Shown in pieces: positions 24,985-36,599 of a stretch of 64,000 nt of DNA. The stretch covers positions 1-64,000 of the forward strand of contig JAMDHS010000024.1 in NCBI GenBank assembly GCA_029717555.1, in the 5' to 3' direction. The DNA comes from Peribolospora baueri (Eukaryota). The stretch's first letter is position 1; each line of letters begins with the position of its first letter. The notes beneath the pieces are model-generated. The model was not told where the DNA came from, searched no databases, and saw nothing but the letters and a program-made list of their open reading frames with translations. The position numbers and the translations under genes are program-made.

Positions 24985-27900
24985 TCACGCCGGCGCGTTG
25001 TACGAAAGCGAGCCGACGTTGCCTCCTGCAGTCGTCGAGACGGGTCGTTTATGCCTGTGGTACGGTGGAGGCGTCGCCGACAAAATGTCCAACGAATCCG
25101 CGTCGACACCGGCGGCGGAAGAGGGGATGGAGGTGGAGGTGTAGGAGATTAACGAAGAGCGGCGCGATGACCGCGTTGTGTCAGGGCTCGTCCTACCCGT
25201 CCTTCCCCACTGGCTCCGCATCGTCGTCGACGACGATGACGGCGACGATGAGCCTGCCGCCGACGGCGAGCTCACCACCACTTCGCTCCTTCTCCTCACC
25301 CTCTTCTGTTCCTCCAACGTCATCCCCGACCCCACCCCGCCCCCGATCCCCGCCGAGCTACCCGGCCGACTCATGCTCATGCTCGTCTCGCCGCTGTTCC
25401 GCCTCTGCTCCCGCATCCGCGCCGCCAAGCTCGGCGTTCGCTTGAACTCGGTCAACCCGCTCCCCCGCCCTTGCACGTAGTCCTTCTCTGCCTCCTTCTC
25501 CTTGCGCTCCAGCTCTCTCAGAGCAGCCCGCGCCTCCGTCTCCGATGCCTGCGCTTGCACTTGTACTTGCGCCTGTGCCTGTGCGCCGGCGCTCGCGGCC
25601 GTCGACGCGCTGGAGCTCTCTCGAGACCGGCCGGTCATGCGCTCCAGAAAGCTGCCAAACGCAGACATGGGACCCGGCGACGGCAGCGGCGCAGAACCCA
25701 GCTGGTTCGCTGGTACCTCCATCCCCGCCAGCTTCAAGCTCGCTTTGATCCGCTCTCGCTCCCGAGCATCCTCCTCGTCCTCCTCCGTCTCCACCTTTTT
25801 CGCCCCTCCGCCCGCCGACGCTCCTCCCGCACCGCCGAGCGTCAGAGGACGGAGCTGGCTCTCCTTCTTCTCCCTCTCCCTCTCCGCCGCCGAGCCGCCG
25901 GGCATGAGGCTCCTCCAGTCGATCGACATCCTCCGCTTCCCGTCCCTGCTATCCTTCTTCTCCAGCGTCGGCGACGACAGCAAAGGCCTCTCCTGCTCCA
26001 GCATGCCCCCCGCCGCCGCCGTCGTGGACAAGGAAGGGTGAACGTGCGGGGCAAACTGCACCGCTCCTTTGCCGTCCTGGTGGCCACCACCGCCGAGCTG
26101 GGCCGACAGGCTCCGCAAGCTCTGGTTCTCCTGCTGGCGCTGCTGCATCTGCGCTTTGCTCGCCTTCCGACGCAAGCTCTGTCCAGTCCCACGCACCGAG
26201 CCCGCTCCGCCGCCGCCGCCGGGTCCGCGGGACGACGAAGAGGAAGGCAGCTCGACGGCGAGAATGGTCTCAAACCCCTCGTGGGCGATGATCCGATCGA
26301 TGATCTTGGAGATGTACAGCGTGAGCGCCCTGTTGGCCTCGCGCTCGTGCTTGAGTTCTTTGGCGAGACCTGCGCAGAAAGAAAGGAAGAGGAGGTGGGC
26401 GGGCGAGTCGAGCCGAGAGAGTCAGACGTAGAACACAGAAGAAAAAAAATGGCCACCGGAGGCAAGCACACTCACTCTCCACATCCCTGGCCCTGCCGCC
26501 AGACTTGGTCTTGGCATGCTTTTTCACCTCGCTTTCTTCGTCAGCCCATTCGCTTTCCTCCTTGCCGTCGGCGGCCGGCACAGACGACGGGACGGCCGCG
26601 TCGAGCTCCGCGGCGAGGCTCGAGCTGGGCGGAATCGCGTTCGCGTTGGCCTGCCCGCCGCGCTGGCCGCCGGCCTTGCTCCTGCTTTCTGGCGACGCCG
26701 ACGAAGACAAAGGCCCCGGTCGCCGACGCGGCGCCGGTCGAGGCGTGAGCGGCGACCGCCGTCCGTCCGACACGTCGTCTCCCTCCTCCCCCTCTCCCTC
26801 CCCCGCCTTTGCCTTACCACCTGCGCCGTCTTCGCGGCCGGCGTCGAACGACCGCTCGCCCTCGTCGTCCTCTTCCTCCGGCACGCCGGCGAGGGTGCTG
26901 CCCGTCTCACTGCCAAAGTCGCCCTCGAACACGGTCTCGTCGTGCGCGCTGCCGGAATCATACTCGCGGTTGAGGAGCTCGGAGCCGACGAGGAACTCGC
27001 CGTTGAGGGTGCGCTCGCGTAGGAGAACGTTGTAACTCTCGTTCTCCTCCTGCAGCTCCGCGTTGACGCGCTTGATCTCCGACAACTCGAGCTTGACGTG
27101 CTGGAGCGTCTCGGTGAGCGACGCGTGCGACGTGGTGAGCGTCGACAGCTGGAGCCGCAGAGACGCAATCTCGCCCGCGGCGGCAGAGTCAGAGGGGACG
27201 AACGACGTCGGGCCTCCGGAAGGCGTCCCAGGGGCGCCGTCGCTATCGACAGGAGTGCCATCGCGAGCCGAGGCCGACGATGAGTCAGCCTCGCCGTCCG
27301 CGGACGACGCCATGGCCGCCGCTCTGTCGGTCACGGACCGACGGCTTCCTTTGGCGGCGTTGGAGAGGTTGGCAATCCGCGCCTTGAGGTGCTGCTCGTG
27401 GTCTTCCCACGCTTGACGTTCGGCATCGAAGGATTGTGTCTAGACGACGACGGGGGACAAACGAGTTGGGATAAAGGAATAAAAAAGGTGGAAAGAGGCG
27501 AGATGCGCCGTACCCACCTGTTCCTTGTACCTCCTCTCCTTATCCCTATTCTCCCTCTCCAGTTCCCTGACCTGCTTTCTGAGCCTCTCTGTCACCTCTA
27601 TCCTCCCCTCCGTCTCCTCCTCCATCCTCGCTTGCTCGATTAACAGTTCGTCGATCTTGTCGCTGTGAGAAGACAGGGTGGAGATGAGCTGTGCGTTGTA
27701 AGCTTCGGCAGAAGAGAGCCTGGAAGAGAGTTCGGTATTGGCCGCGGAGAGGCCTTCTACGGTCTCGGCGCCCTGTGCGGACGGTGGGGATGAAAGGGAG
27801 CGGGTACGAAAAAAGCGGAGAGAGGTGCGCGTACGGTGAACCCTCGTCCTACGTGGGCGCAACGACGACGACGACGACGACGCACCTCCTCGGCCGCGCT

Positions 27901-28134
27901 CCTCAGCCTCGCGACGAGCGCCAGCAGCTCGTCCTTGGTGAGCGCAGCCAATTCGGCCTCGGAAGGCGGCACCCCTCCCTCGTCCCCTCCGTTCTCCTCC
28001 GCCGCCTCGGCCGACGCTGAGGGGGCCGAAGCGACGACGTCGCCGGCGGCGGTGAGCGTGTTTTTACGCCTCGTCGCGCCGCGCTTGCCGGCGGCGGGGG
28101 GCGTTGGGCGAGCGATGCCGTTGGTTTCAGACAT
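24985..28134 (-). CDS. Coiled-coil protein with a Rab11-FIP-like binding motif, multi-exon
   Basis: ORF pieces 27757-28134, 27440-27862, 26270-27334 and 24985-26196 join through GT-AG introns. Coiled coils LEEENESY-like (AELQEENESYNVLL) and EANRALTLYISKIIDRIIAHEGFETIL. Confidence 0.75.
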
Positions 28135-28950
28135 GATATGGTATGTGGGAAGCGATGGAATGTGGGCGGTTCGTTCCGCGGTCGTCCGACGCCGTGGCGG
28201 GGTCGTGTAGTGGTCGTCAAGTCAAAGGAGAAAGAAGAAAGAAAGAGAAAAGAGGGCCTGCCCGGTGTGCCTGTATGCGTCGGCGCTGGGTCGGCGGGGG
28301 CGTATGGAGAGGGTATCTACGCACGTTAAGCGTTCAGTCCAGGGCGGCGGATATGGATATGGATATGGATATGGAGGTGATGTGAGTGGTGCGGGTGGTG
28401 GTGGTGGGAGAAGGCGCAAGCGTGCGTCGGCTGTGTGCGCACAGAAAGGGGACGTGCACTCGCCGCGGCGCGTCTTCCGGCGGGCGTTCGTCCGCAGGGC
28501 CACTCACTGAACCGTCGCTACTTCGTACGCTGCACGTTCCTTGTCCCCCGCTCTCTGTACGGGTACACGAACTCGCTTGCTTGAGCAGGGCAAGGCGCGG
28601 AGGCTCGACGGCAGGGGATGTGGAATGTCGAGTGAGGCATGTCCTATTCGCGACGAGATAGCCTCTTATGACAGAAGTACAGGAGTGGAATGAAACGGTT
28701 GTACGTGGGCTCCCGTGGTCACCGCCGACCTCACCTGACGGACCCGAGTCCGAGAGGAACAGGGTCCAACGAGGACGGCCGACCTCGGAGAGTCGAAAAG
28801 AAGAAAACTCAGAACGACGATCTGCCAAGCTCGTCAAGCGACGTCGATGTAGGCTGCACTTTGACCTCGATCGTCCATGTGCCCCGAGCGGGGCTGAACG
28901 GCGAGGCTTCGATAGAGCCGGAGATGAACAGAAAAAGGAGAGCAAGACAG

Positions 28951-29059
28951 AGAGACAGAGGCAGAGGCAGAGGCAGAGGTAGAGGCAGAGGCAGAAGCAG
29001 AAGCAGAGACAGAGACAGAGACAGAGACAGAGACAGAAACAGAGACAGAGACAGAGACA
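28951..29059 (+). repeat. Hexanucleotide microsatellite (AGAGRC)n
   Basis: About 18 units of agaggc/agagac with a few variants, in the intergenic region upstream of ADE8. Confidence 0.9.
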
Positions 29060-29464
29060 AGAGAAGCGAGAAAGAGCGAGAAAGAGAGACAGGGAGAAGG
29101 AGAGAAGAAGCGAGCGTCGAGTGCGCCGACCGCGTTCACGTACGTCCAGACCGACGAAGACGTTTCTTTCCTAGCAAACACGGATCCGAGTCGTCGAAAG
29201 GAGACAAGCTGACAAGGGCGTGGATGACGACGAAGGGCGAGATGGCAAAAGCGAGGGACGTCGGCGACGGACGTTGCTTCCTCGCGTGTTGGTTAGGAAA
29301 GAAAAAAGAGCGCGAAGCTTTCGGTCTTGCTCTTCCGCGTCCCCGCCGCAGTCAGATGGCCTGCCGCAGTCTAGAAGACATGCTCGTCCAGGTGGGTTGA
29401 ATTTGGAAACGCGCAGACCGACGACCGATCCTCTGACGATCGTCTTCTGGGGCACAAATCAGAC

Positions 29465-30399
29465 ATGGACCGGGTCCCTCCAGGCAGCAAGCGGAAGCGG
29501 AACATCGCCGTCCTCATCTCCGGCTCAGGTGCGTCCTCCTCCTCGAGAGCGTTTCCATGTGGGCCGACCCGAGCGCGTCCTCCTTGAGCACGTTGGGAGG
29601 GCGACAAGCCGGCTTTTTAGGGATACGCTCCAACTGAGACTTTTTCTTTATCCCCCCTCCCCCCCCGGGCCGATCAGGAACAAACCTCCAAGCGATCCTC
29701 GACGCCTGCACGCCCACGGGCCCGCTCTCGGACGCATGCGTCTCCCTCGTGCTCTCTAACCGCAAGGCTGCCTACGGCCTGACGCGCGCGACGTCTCACC
29801 CAGCTTCGCTGGGCGGACCGGTGCGGACAAAAGTGCTAAGCCTCAAGACGTGGCGGGAGAAGAAGGAGAACGAAGGGAAGAGTCGGGAGGACTATGACGA
29901 GGAGGTTGCGAGGGCGGTGTTGGAGCTGGGCGCTGCGAGCGAGGGCGAAGGGAGGAGGGGAGGACCGGATTTGGTCGTTCTTGCCGGATGGATGCACATC
30001 CTCTCCTCGCGCTTTCTCCGCGCTCTCGGCCACGGCGAAGGCGATGAGCGACCAGCGTCGTCGTCGTCCTCTTCCTCCTTCTCGCCGCCGGCTCACCCGA
30101 TCCCCATCATCAACCTCCACCCTGCGCTTCCCGGCGCCTTCGACGGCTCGTCGCATGCCATCCGAGACGCGCACGAAGCGTTCGCGCGCGGCGAGGTGCT
30201 GTCGAAGAAGACGGGCGCGATGGTGCACGAGGTGATCGCGGACGTGGACAAGGGCGCGCCGGTCGTGGTGGAGGAGGTGGAGATGCGGCCTGGCGAGACG
30301 CTCGACGAGCTGGAGGCAAGGATACACCAGGTGGAGCATCGGATCATTGTCGACGGTGCGAGGAAGGTGTTGGACCGGCTCGAGAAGGAGGGGCGATAG
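29465..30399 (+). CDS. ADE8: Phosphoribosylglycinamide formyltransferase
   Basis: IAVLISGSG|TNLQAILD; VLSNRKAAYGL; DLVVLAGWMHIL; INLHPALPGAFDG; MVHEV...VDKG; IHQVEH. Confidence 0.94.
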
Positions 30400-30714
30400 G
30401 CCGAGCGGGCGAGCGATCGATCGATGCGGCTGCTCTTTGCTCTCCTCCTCCCGTTGGTTAGTTCATGGGAAAATCTGGCGGACGATGATGGCAAACGAAG
30501 AACGCTGCACGCACGCACGGCCGGCCGGCCGAGCTTGCCTCGCTTGCCAGCCAGCCAGTCAGTCAGTCGACCGCTCCCTTTCGTTGACGACGAGCGACAA
30601 GACAAGACGTATGTACAATGGATGGATGGGACCGTCGCCTCCTCGACCTCTGAGAAAACATACATGACCGATCCGAACGCGAACCGACGGACGGACCGCC
30701 CGCGCTCGTTGTCC

Positions 30715-31279
30715 TCACACAGAGCCGTAGCCGGCGGCGAGGCCCTCGACCAAGCGCATGATGCCCCAAGCGCCCGGATCGGGGGGTAGAACGACGTCCC
30801 CCCCGTCGCCTTCGCCGCCGCCGCCGTCGCCGACGTACGTCGCCCTGCCGAGTCTGGCCTTCATGCCTCTCGTGCTCTCGGCGCCGCGTCGACAGGCATC
30901 GACGGCTTCGGGGAGGGTGCGCATCTGCTCGCCGATGGCGATGCAGAAGGGAGACAGAGCGTCGACCAGCGTCCGGTCCCCTGGCCGGGCGGGCGTGTGC
31001 TCGGAGAGCGAGCGCAGGGCCACGCGCGATGCTCGGCGCCAGTCCGGTCCCGTTCCCGTTCCGGCCGACTTGGAGGAGGAGGAAGAAGAGAGGAGGCCCT
31101 TGGACATGCCGGCGAGGAAGATGGCATAGATGGCACCGGACGTGCCGCCCATGGTGTTCTCGACGGTGGACGAGATGGACTGGACGAGCTTGGCCGAGTG
31201 GGTGAGTGGGAGAGAGCCGGAGCGGAGGGCGGAAAGGACGGCTTTGCAGCCTGCCGAGAGCGTCTCGCCGCACTGCGAG

Positions 31280-31312
<33 letters not shown>

Positions 31313-33319
31313 GCGACGCGCACAGGTTCTTCGATTGAGCTACGTGAACGACGAGCGAGGGAGAGACGGCACGGCACGGCACGGCACTCACGTCGCCGTC
31401 TCCCACAATCGTATCCATCTCCGTGAGCTCCGGCTCGGCGTCTATGGCACGCTGACAAGCGCCCTCGATAGCCTTGCGGATCCTATCCCGCTCCGCCACG
31501 GGGATCTCTGCGCCCGTGGCGCCGGTCTCGCGCTTGAACTCGGCCACGCCGAGTTTCTGGATGAGGGCGAGCGTTTCTGCGTCTTGCTCCGATCGGGTGC
31601 GGGGGAGGGGAGAGGGGGAGCAATGCGGGTCCGGCCAGGAGGTGCGCGCGCCGGACCACGCCGTCGCTGTCGTGGGGGCGTCGAGGAGGGAGAGGATGGA
31701 CAATTGCGTCGCCGCCGATGCTGGCACGGAGGAGGGCGGAGACGCGCAGAGCGCTTCGGTGGCGGCTACGTTGAGGAGCTGGGGTCGGGCGGGCGATGAA
31801 GAAGAGGAGAGAGACGGGAAAGAGATGGAAAGATGTCAACTTGGGAGCGACGCTGACGGAAGACGAAGGCGCCAAACGAGCAACGCGACGGGGGACGCAC
31901 GCCGATGGAGAAGCCAGGCATGTTGAGACTGGTCATGTACGTAGAAGCGTATATCCTGCTCGGACGGAGTGAGTAGTCGGATTCTGTTCGGGGGAGCGGA
32001 CACGATTGGTGGTGAGCCTGGAAGGTGCCCAAAAGCAAGAGAAGCCAGATCTGCCACGAAAGCAAGAAAAGGCAGAGAAGCGAGAAACAGGACAAACCCA
32101 GCTGTGTGACGACCTCGTCAACAACCGCTCCAAATTCGAGCACGCTCATTCCGCCGAGGTTGTTGATGAACAGGACTGGGCCCTGTAGCCGAGGAGAAAA
32201 AGAAAAAGGAAAAAAAAAAAAAAAAATCAGCGGTCGAGCGATGAACGCCGTCTAGGGACGACGAGAACGCGGACTAACCGTGCCGCCGGTCTGATCGTCG
32301 CACTCGCTTCCAAACGGGACGAAGGCCCTCTGCTTGTCAGCAGGGTCTAGGAGAAGACGTAGGCCGTCCTTGACCACTCCTGCCGTATCGGGTTTCTGAG
32401 GCACCCTGCTGACACCAGGTTCGTTGTGAAGACCCAAGCCGAGCTCGTAGGCGCCTTCTGGCATCGCCTCGCGTTCCTTGTCGCCCTTGGCTCGGCCGGG
32501 GACGTGGCAGTGGTCCAAGCTTGCGGCCACCGTCACGAGGTTCGCCGCGTTGCTCCTTCCGAGGTGGGCGAGCTGGGCGAGGGAGAGCGAGGGGCGGAGA
32601 GAGACGGCGGCAGCGCCGAGGATCTTGCAGACCAAGATGTTGCCAGCGTGGCCGCGCCTTCCTACGAGTCCGATGCGGGAGCGAGGGACAGAGACGTCGT
32701 CGGCGACGTGCACCACCTCGATGGCGTAGCCCTGCGAGCGAGCCGTCTCCGCGGCGAGGCCAAAGTTGAGGCAGTCACCTGCCGAAGGGTGTTTTCCAAC
32801 CAGCGGTGAGGGCCCTCCCGGGTCGGTTCGAAAACGAGGCGATGCGATGGGATGCCACGCGATGCCCACCGGCGGACCCTACTCACCGGTGTAATTATTG
32901 ACAACGAGCACAGCGCCCATCTCGCCAGCGCCGAGCTCAATAGCCGTCCTAACCTGATCAGCCGAGGGGGAAGCAAAGACGTTACCGCTGACGGCGGCGG
33001 CGAGCATGCCGTGTCCGACGTAGCCGGCGTGCGCAGGTTCGTGGCCTGCGCCACCGCCGGAGATGATTGTCACGCCCGGGTGACGGGGGATGGGAGCGGG
33101 AGCGTATGGCGCGGCGAGCGTGGCGGGGAGGTAGACGACCTTGTGTGGCAGGTAGCTGACGGTCAGAGGGCCAAGCGACGGGCGATCGGTCAGAAGGACG
33201 CTCGTCGAGGAGGCGGACGGAGCGACTCACCATCGCAGGGCCGGGTTGAGGGCGATGGTGCCCCTGAGCGACTTTTCGACGAGACCGTCGGGGGACTCGA
33301 AAAAGTGCTTGGTGGCCAT
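30715..33319 (-). CDS. DAK1: ATP-dependent dihydroxyacetone (triose) kinase, fused Dak1+Dak2 domains, multi-exon
   Basis: ISGGGAGHEPAHAGYVG; VFASP; NYTGD; VGRRG; GLHNEPG; GDGDCG; MGGTSG; GDRTLVDAL; GRATY. Confidence 0.94.
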
Positions 33320-34528
33320 GTCTGCGAGAGAGAGAAAGGTGGTGTGGTTTGGGAAGGAGAAGGAAGGCGTTGGTGTTGGGAGTGGAGCGGCTCGTCGTCG
33401 TTGTCTTGTTCTTCTTCTTCTTCTCCCAGGTCGCTCCGCTCCGAACTGATGTTCTCGATGGTGGTGAGCGATGCGGGGAAGGCCGACGGCGACGGCGACG
33501 GGGCTGGTCGCCGAGGGTGCGTGGAGGCGTGCGGAGACGGGGTGCGTGTGTGATTTGGTTGGCTCGCTCGCAGCCGCCGTCGGTGTCTCTGCTCTGCGCG
33601 CGGCTTCTGTGCGAGGTGCGGCCGGCGGCGGCGTGGGTGGAGGAGGCGGAGGTGCGTTTATGGAACGAGATTGCATGGCTTGAGCGGCCGGCGGATGGAT
33701 CACTCGCTCGACCGACACGCGGCGAGCTGGAGGTGAGACAAGAACGAGACGAGGGAGGGTGCGGTGGGAAAGACGCCGCGGTCGGCGACGCTGACACACA
33801 CGGCGGTCATCGGTGGGTCGGCATCTTGCAAGCTCTTGCGACACGGGGCGGCAGACGCGGACGTTGGCTGAGCGTCGGTTGGAGGTGGTCGATGGCGCGG
33901 AGGTTAGTAGCGTCGGTCGAATTCGACCTCGTGGAAGGCGTCGATGCTTCCGTGCGGAGTCCCGCATCGGTGGGCTGGGCTTGGCTTAACTCGGCTCGGC
34001 TTGGCTTGCGAGATGCCGCCGGTTGACGGTGCAAGGATCGGCGCTGGTGAAGATGGATGGATGGCTGGTTGATTGGATGGCTTGCTGGCTTGCTAGTTGC
34101 TAGTCGCTCGTTGCTTGTCGCTCGTCCGCTCGCCGCCGCCGGTTTGAACGCCGACGGTGACCTCGACGATGGCCCGACCGCGTTCGACGCCGTCGCTCCT
34201 CGCTGGCTCCTCACGGACGGCGTATGGGTCGGTGGACGAAGACGGCGGTCGGTGACTAACTACTATGCTGGGCGCTGTCCCCATCGGCCTGTCTCGGCCT
34301 CCACAACCGCTCGCGTGGTGTGGTATGGTGTGGGACATACAGACAGACATATACTACAGACAGGCGCATGGATAGACAGACTGACATACGCATGAACCAC
34401 CGACCCACCCCGACGGCCATCGACCCGACCCCGTCGTCCTCAAAAGGCGACGCCAGCCGTTCTATTCCCTCCCCCTCTACCACCATCCTCGCCCTCTTCC
34501 GCACGGCTGACCCCCACCCCGATCAATC

Positions 34529-36004
34529 ATGTCCGCTCCCAACGCCAACGGCGTCGCCACGCCCGGCTACGGCTTCGCCTCCTCGACCAACGTCGCCTCC
34601 GGCAGCCCCACCGACCCTCTCTACCCCGCCCACCCGCCCCACCTCGCCGCCCAGCTCATCCGCACCGCCCGCGCCCTCGTCGAGCCCCGCGGCAAGGGCA
34701 TCTACGCCACCGACGAGACCCCCGAAGGCATCCAGGCCAGGTTGGCCGCCTTCGATAAGGAGGCCGACGTAGCTCGGTCCGAGGAGGAGAACAAGGCCAG
34801 GAGGAAGGCCTGGAGGGAATGCCTCTATAAGAACTTGCCCACAGACTACATCTCCGGCGTCATCCTCTACTCGGAGACGCTCCACGACTTCAACCTCGCG
34901 CCCCTCCTCACCTCCCGTGGCATCATCCCGGGCGTCCGCGTCGACACCGATGGCTACCCGCTCCCCTTCCCCACCTACACCACCTCGCTCGGCGCAAAGG
35001 CCCCCACCGCGGCCGGCGAGGTGGCCACCCAGGGCCTCGACGACCTCCTCCCCCGGTGCCAAAAGGCCTTCACCGCCGGCGCCAGGTTCACCAAGTGGAG
35101 GGCGCCCTTCCTCGTCGACGACGCTGGCGCCCTGCCGAGCCCCCAGGCCATAGACGCCCAGGCCGAGGGGCTGGCCAGGTTCGCGGCGACCAGCCAGGCC
35201 GCCGGCCTCGTTCCGTGAGTCGCTCCCCGTCCGTCCACGAACAATGTATCAGCCCAAAATGACTCGTTCCTTCCGTTCCGCCCGCCCGCCCCCGCAGCAT
35301 CGTCGAGCCCGACCTCGACTTTTCCGGAGACGCCTCCCTCGCCCGCTCCGTCGAGGCGCACGTAAAGGTCATCAGCGCCATCTACGCCAAGCTCGCCGTG
35401 TACGGGGTCTTGCTCGAGGGTGGGTGTAGAGAGAGCGTGAGAGAAGCGGATGCGATGCGATCGATCGTACCGTGGCAGTCTTGTGTTGTCGTTCGTTAAA
35501 ATCATCGCGACGATCACTCACGCACGCAATTTCTTCCCAACTTGGCGTCCCGCTCGACGGCTTTCTCCTTTGTTATTACACGCTCTCCCCGCCGCAGGCA
35601 CCCTCCTCAAGCCCTCCTTCCCGCAACCAGGCCTCAAACACCCGTCGCGCGCCAACGTGACCCCGGCCGAGATCGGCGCCGCGACCGCCGCCGTGCTTGC
35701 CCGCTCCGTGCCCGTCGCCGTGCCCGGCATCGTCTTCCTCAGCGGAGGCCTTTCGGACGAGCAGAGCGCCCAATTCCTCAACGCCGTCAACAAGGTCCGC
35801 GACGGCAAAACTGGCTCTTCTTCTTCTAACCACGCAGACGGACCGTCATACGGCACCAGGCTACCCCTAATGACCTTCAGCTTTGGACGCGGACTGCAAG
35901 GCGACGCGATGGAGAAGTGGGCCGGTGGAGACGAGAAGGCGGCCCAGGCGGCGTTTGAGAAGAGGGCCAAGGTGTGCTTCGCTGCGGCTAAGGGGGAGCT
36001 TTGA
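34529..36004 (+). CDS. Class I (Schiff-base) fructose-phosphate aldolase family protein, three exons
   Basis: GKGIYATDE; ISGVILYSETL; TQGLDDL; GARFTKWR; LARFAATSQAAGLVP|IVEPD; EGTLLKP (Schiff-base Lys); FLSGG; TFSFGRGLQ. Confidence 0.92.
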
Positions 36005-36026
36005 AAGAGCCGACGACCGACTAGAC

Positions 36027-36080
36027 CGCTCCCTCGCGTGTATCGAAGGTCTTCGCTCCCTCGCGTGTATCGAAGGTCTT
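36027..36080 (+). repeat. Perfect 27-bp tandem duplication in the aldolase 3' flank
   Basis: cgctccctcgcgtgtatcgaaggtctt occurs twice (36027-36053 and 36054-36080). Confidence 0.9.
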
Positions 36081-36599
36081 CTTCTGCGGTGGTGCTTGTT
36101 CGTATTTAAGACTCCTCTTCTTGTTCGTATTTGGGACTCCTTGGGACTCCTCCTTCCTCTTCTTCTTCGCGCGCTCTCCCCGCTACCGAACCCGATCAAA
36201 TCGATGCAATCCCCTCGGCCGATCGCCCACCGCTTCGAAAAAAAGGAGAAAAAAAACCACTTCTTTCTTGCTAGGTTGGACGGAAACTGGACTTTGTCCG
36301 AAGCTTTCGGTCGTGTCCTAAGCGCAGGGAGGGGAGAACAAAGCGGTGCAGTCCCGACCGTCCCCGCCTTAGTCGTTCACGGCGGCCGACGGACAAGCGG
36401 ACGGACGGATGGCGGTGCGGGGTTTTTATTTTATTTTTATTTTATTGTTTTTTGGAAACCGACGGTCGGCTTCGATCCATACACGTAGTCGCCTCCGACG
36501 CCCACCGGAACTTGGCCCTCCTTCACTGCCGCCATTTTCGCCTCCCACCTTCCCGGCCTCTAGCCCAGCCCAGCGTCGACATCGACATCGCCTCCACCG

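Noticed and set aside
31280..31308. 29-nt poly(A) run as a retroelement tail
   Set aside because: It is the poly(U) tract just before a DAK1 3' splice site; no target-site duplication or element body.
32295..32312. Possible GC donor (GCGAGT) in DAK1
   Set aside because: A canonical GTTAGT donor slightly downstream has the correct phase for the next exon (GPVLFINNLGG).
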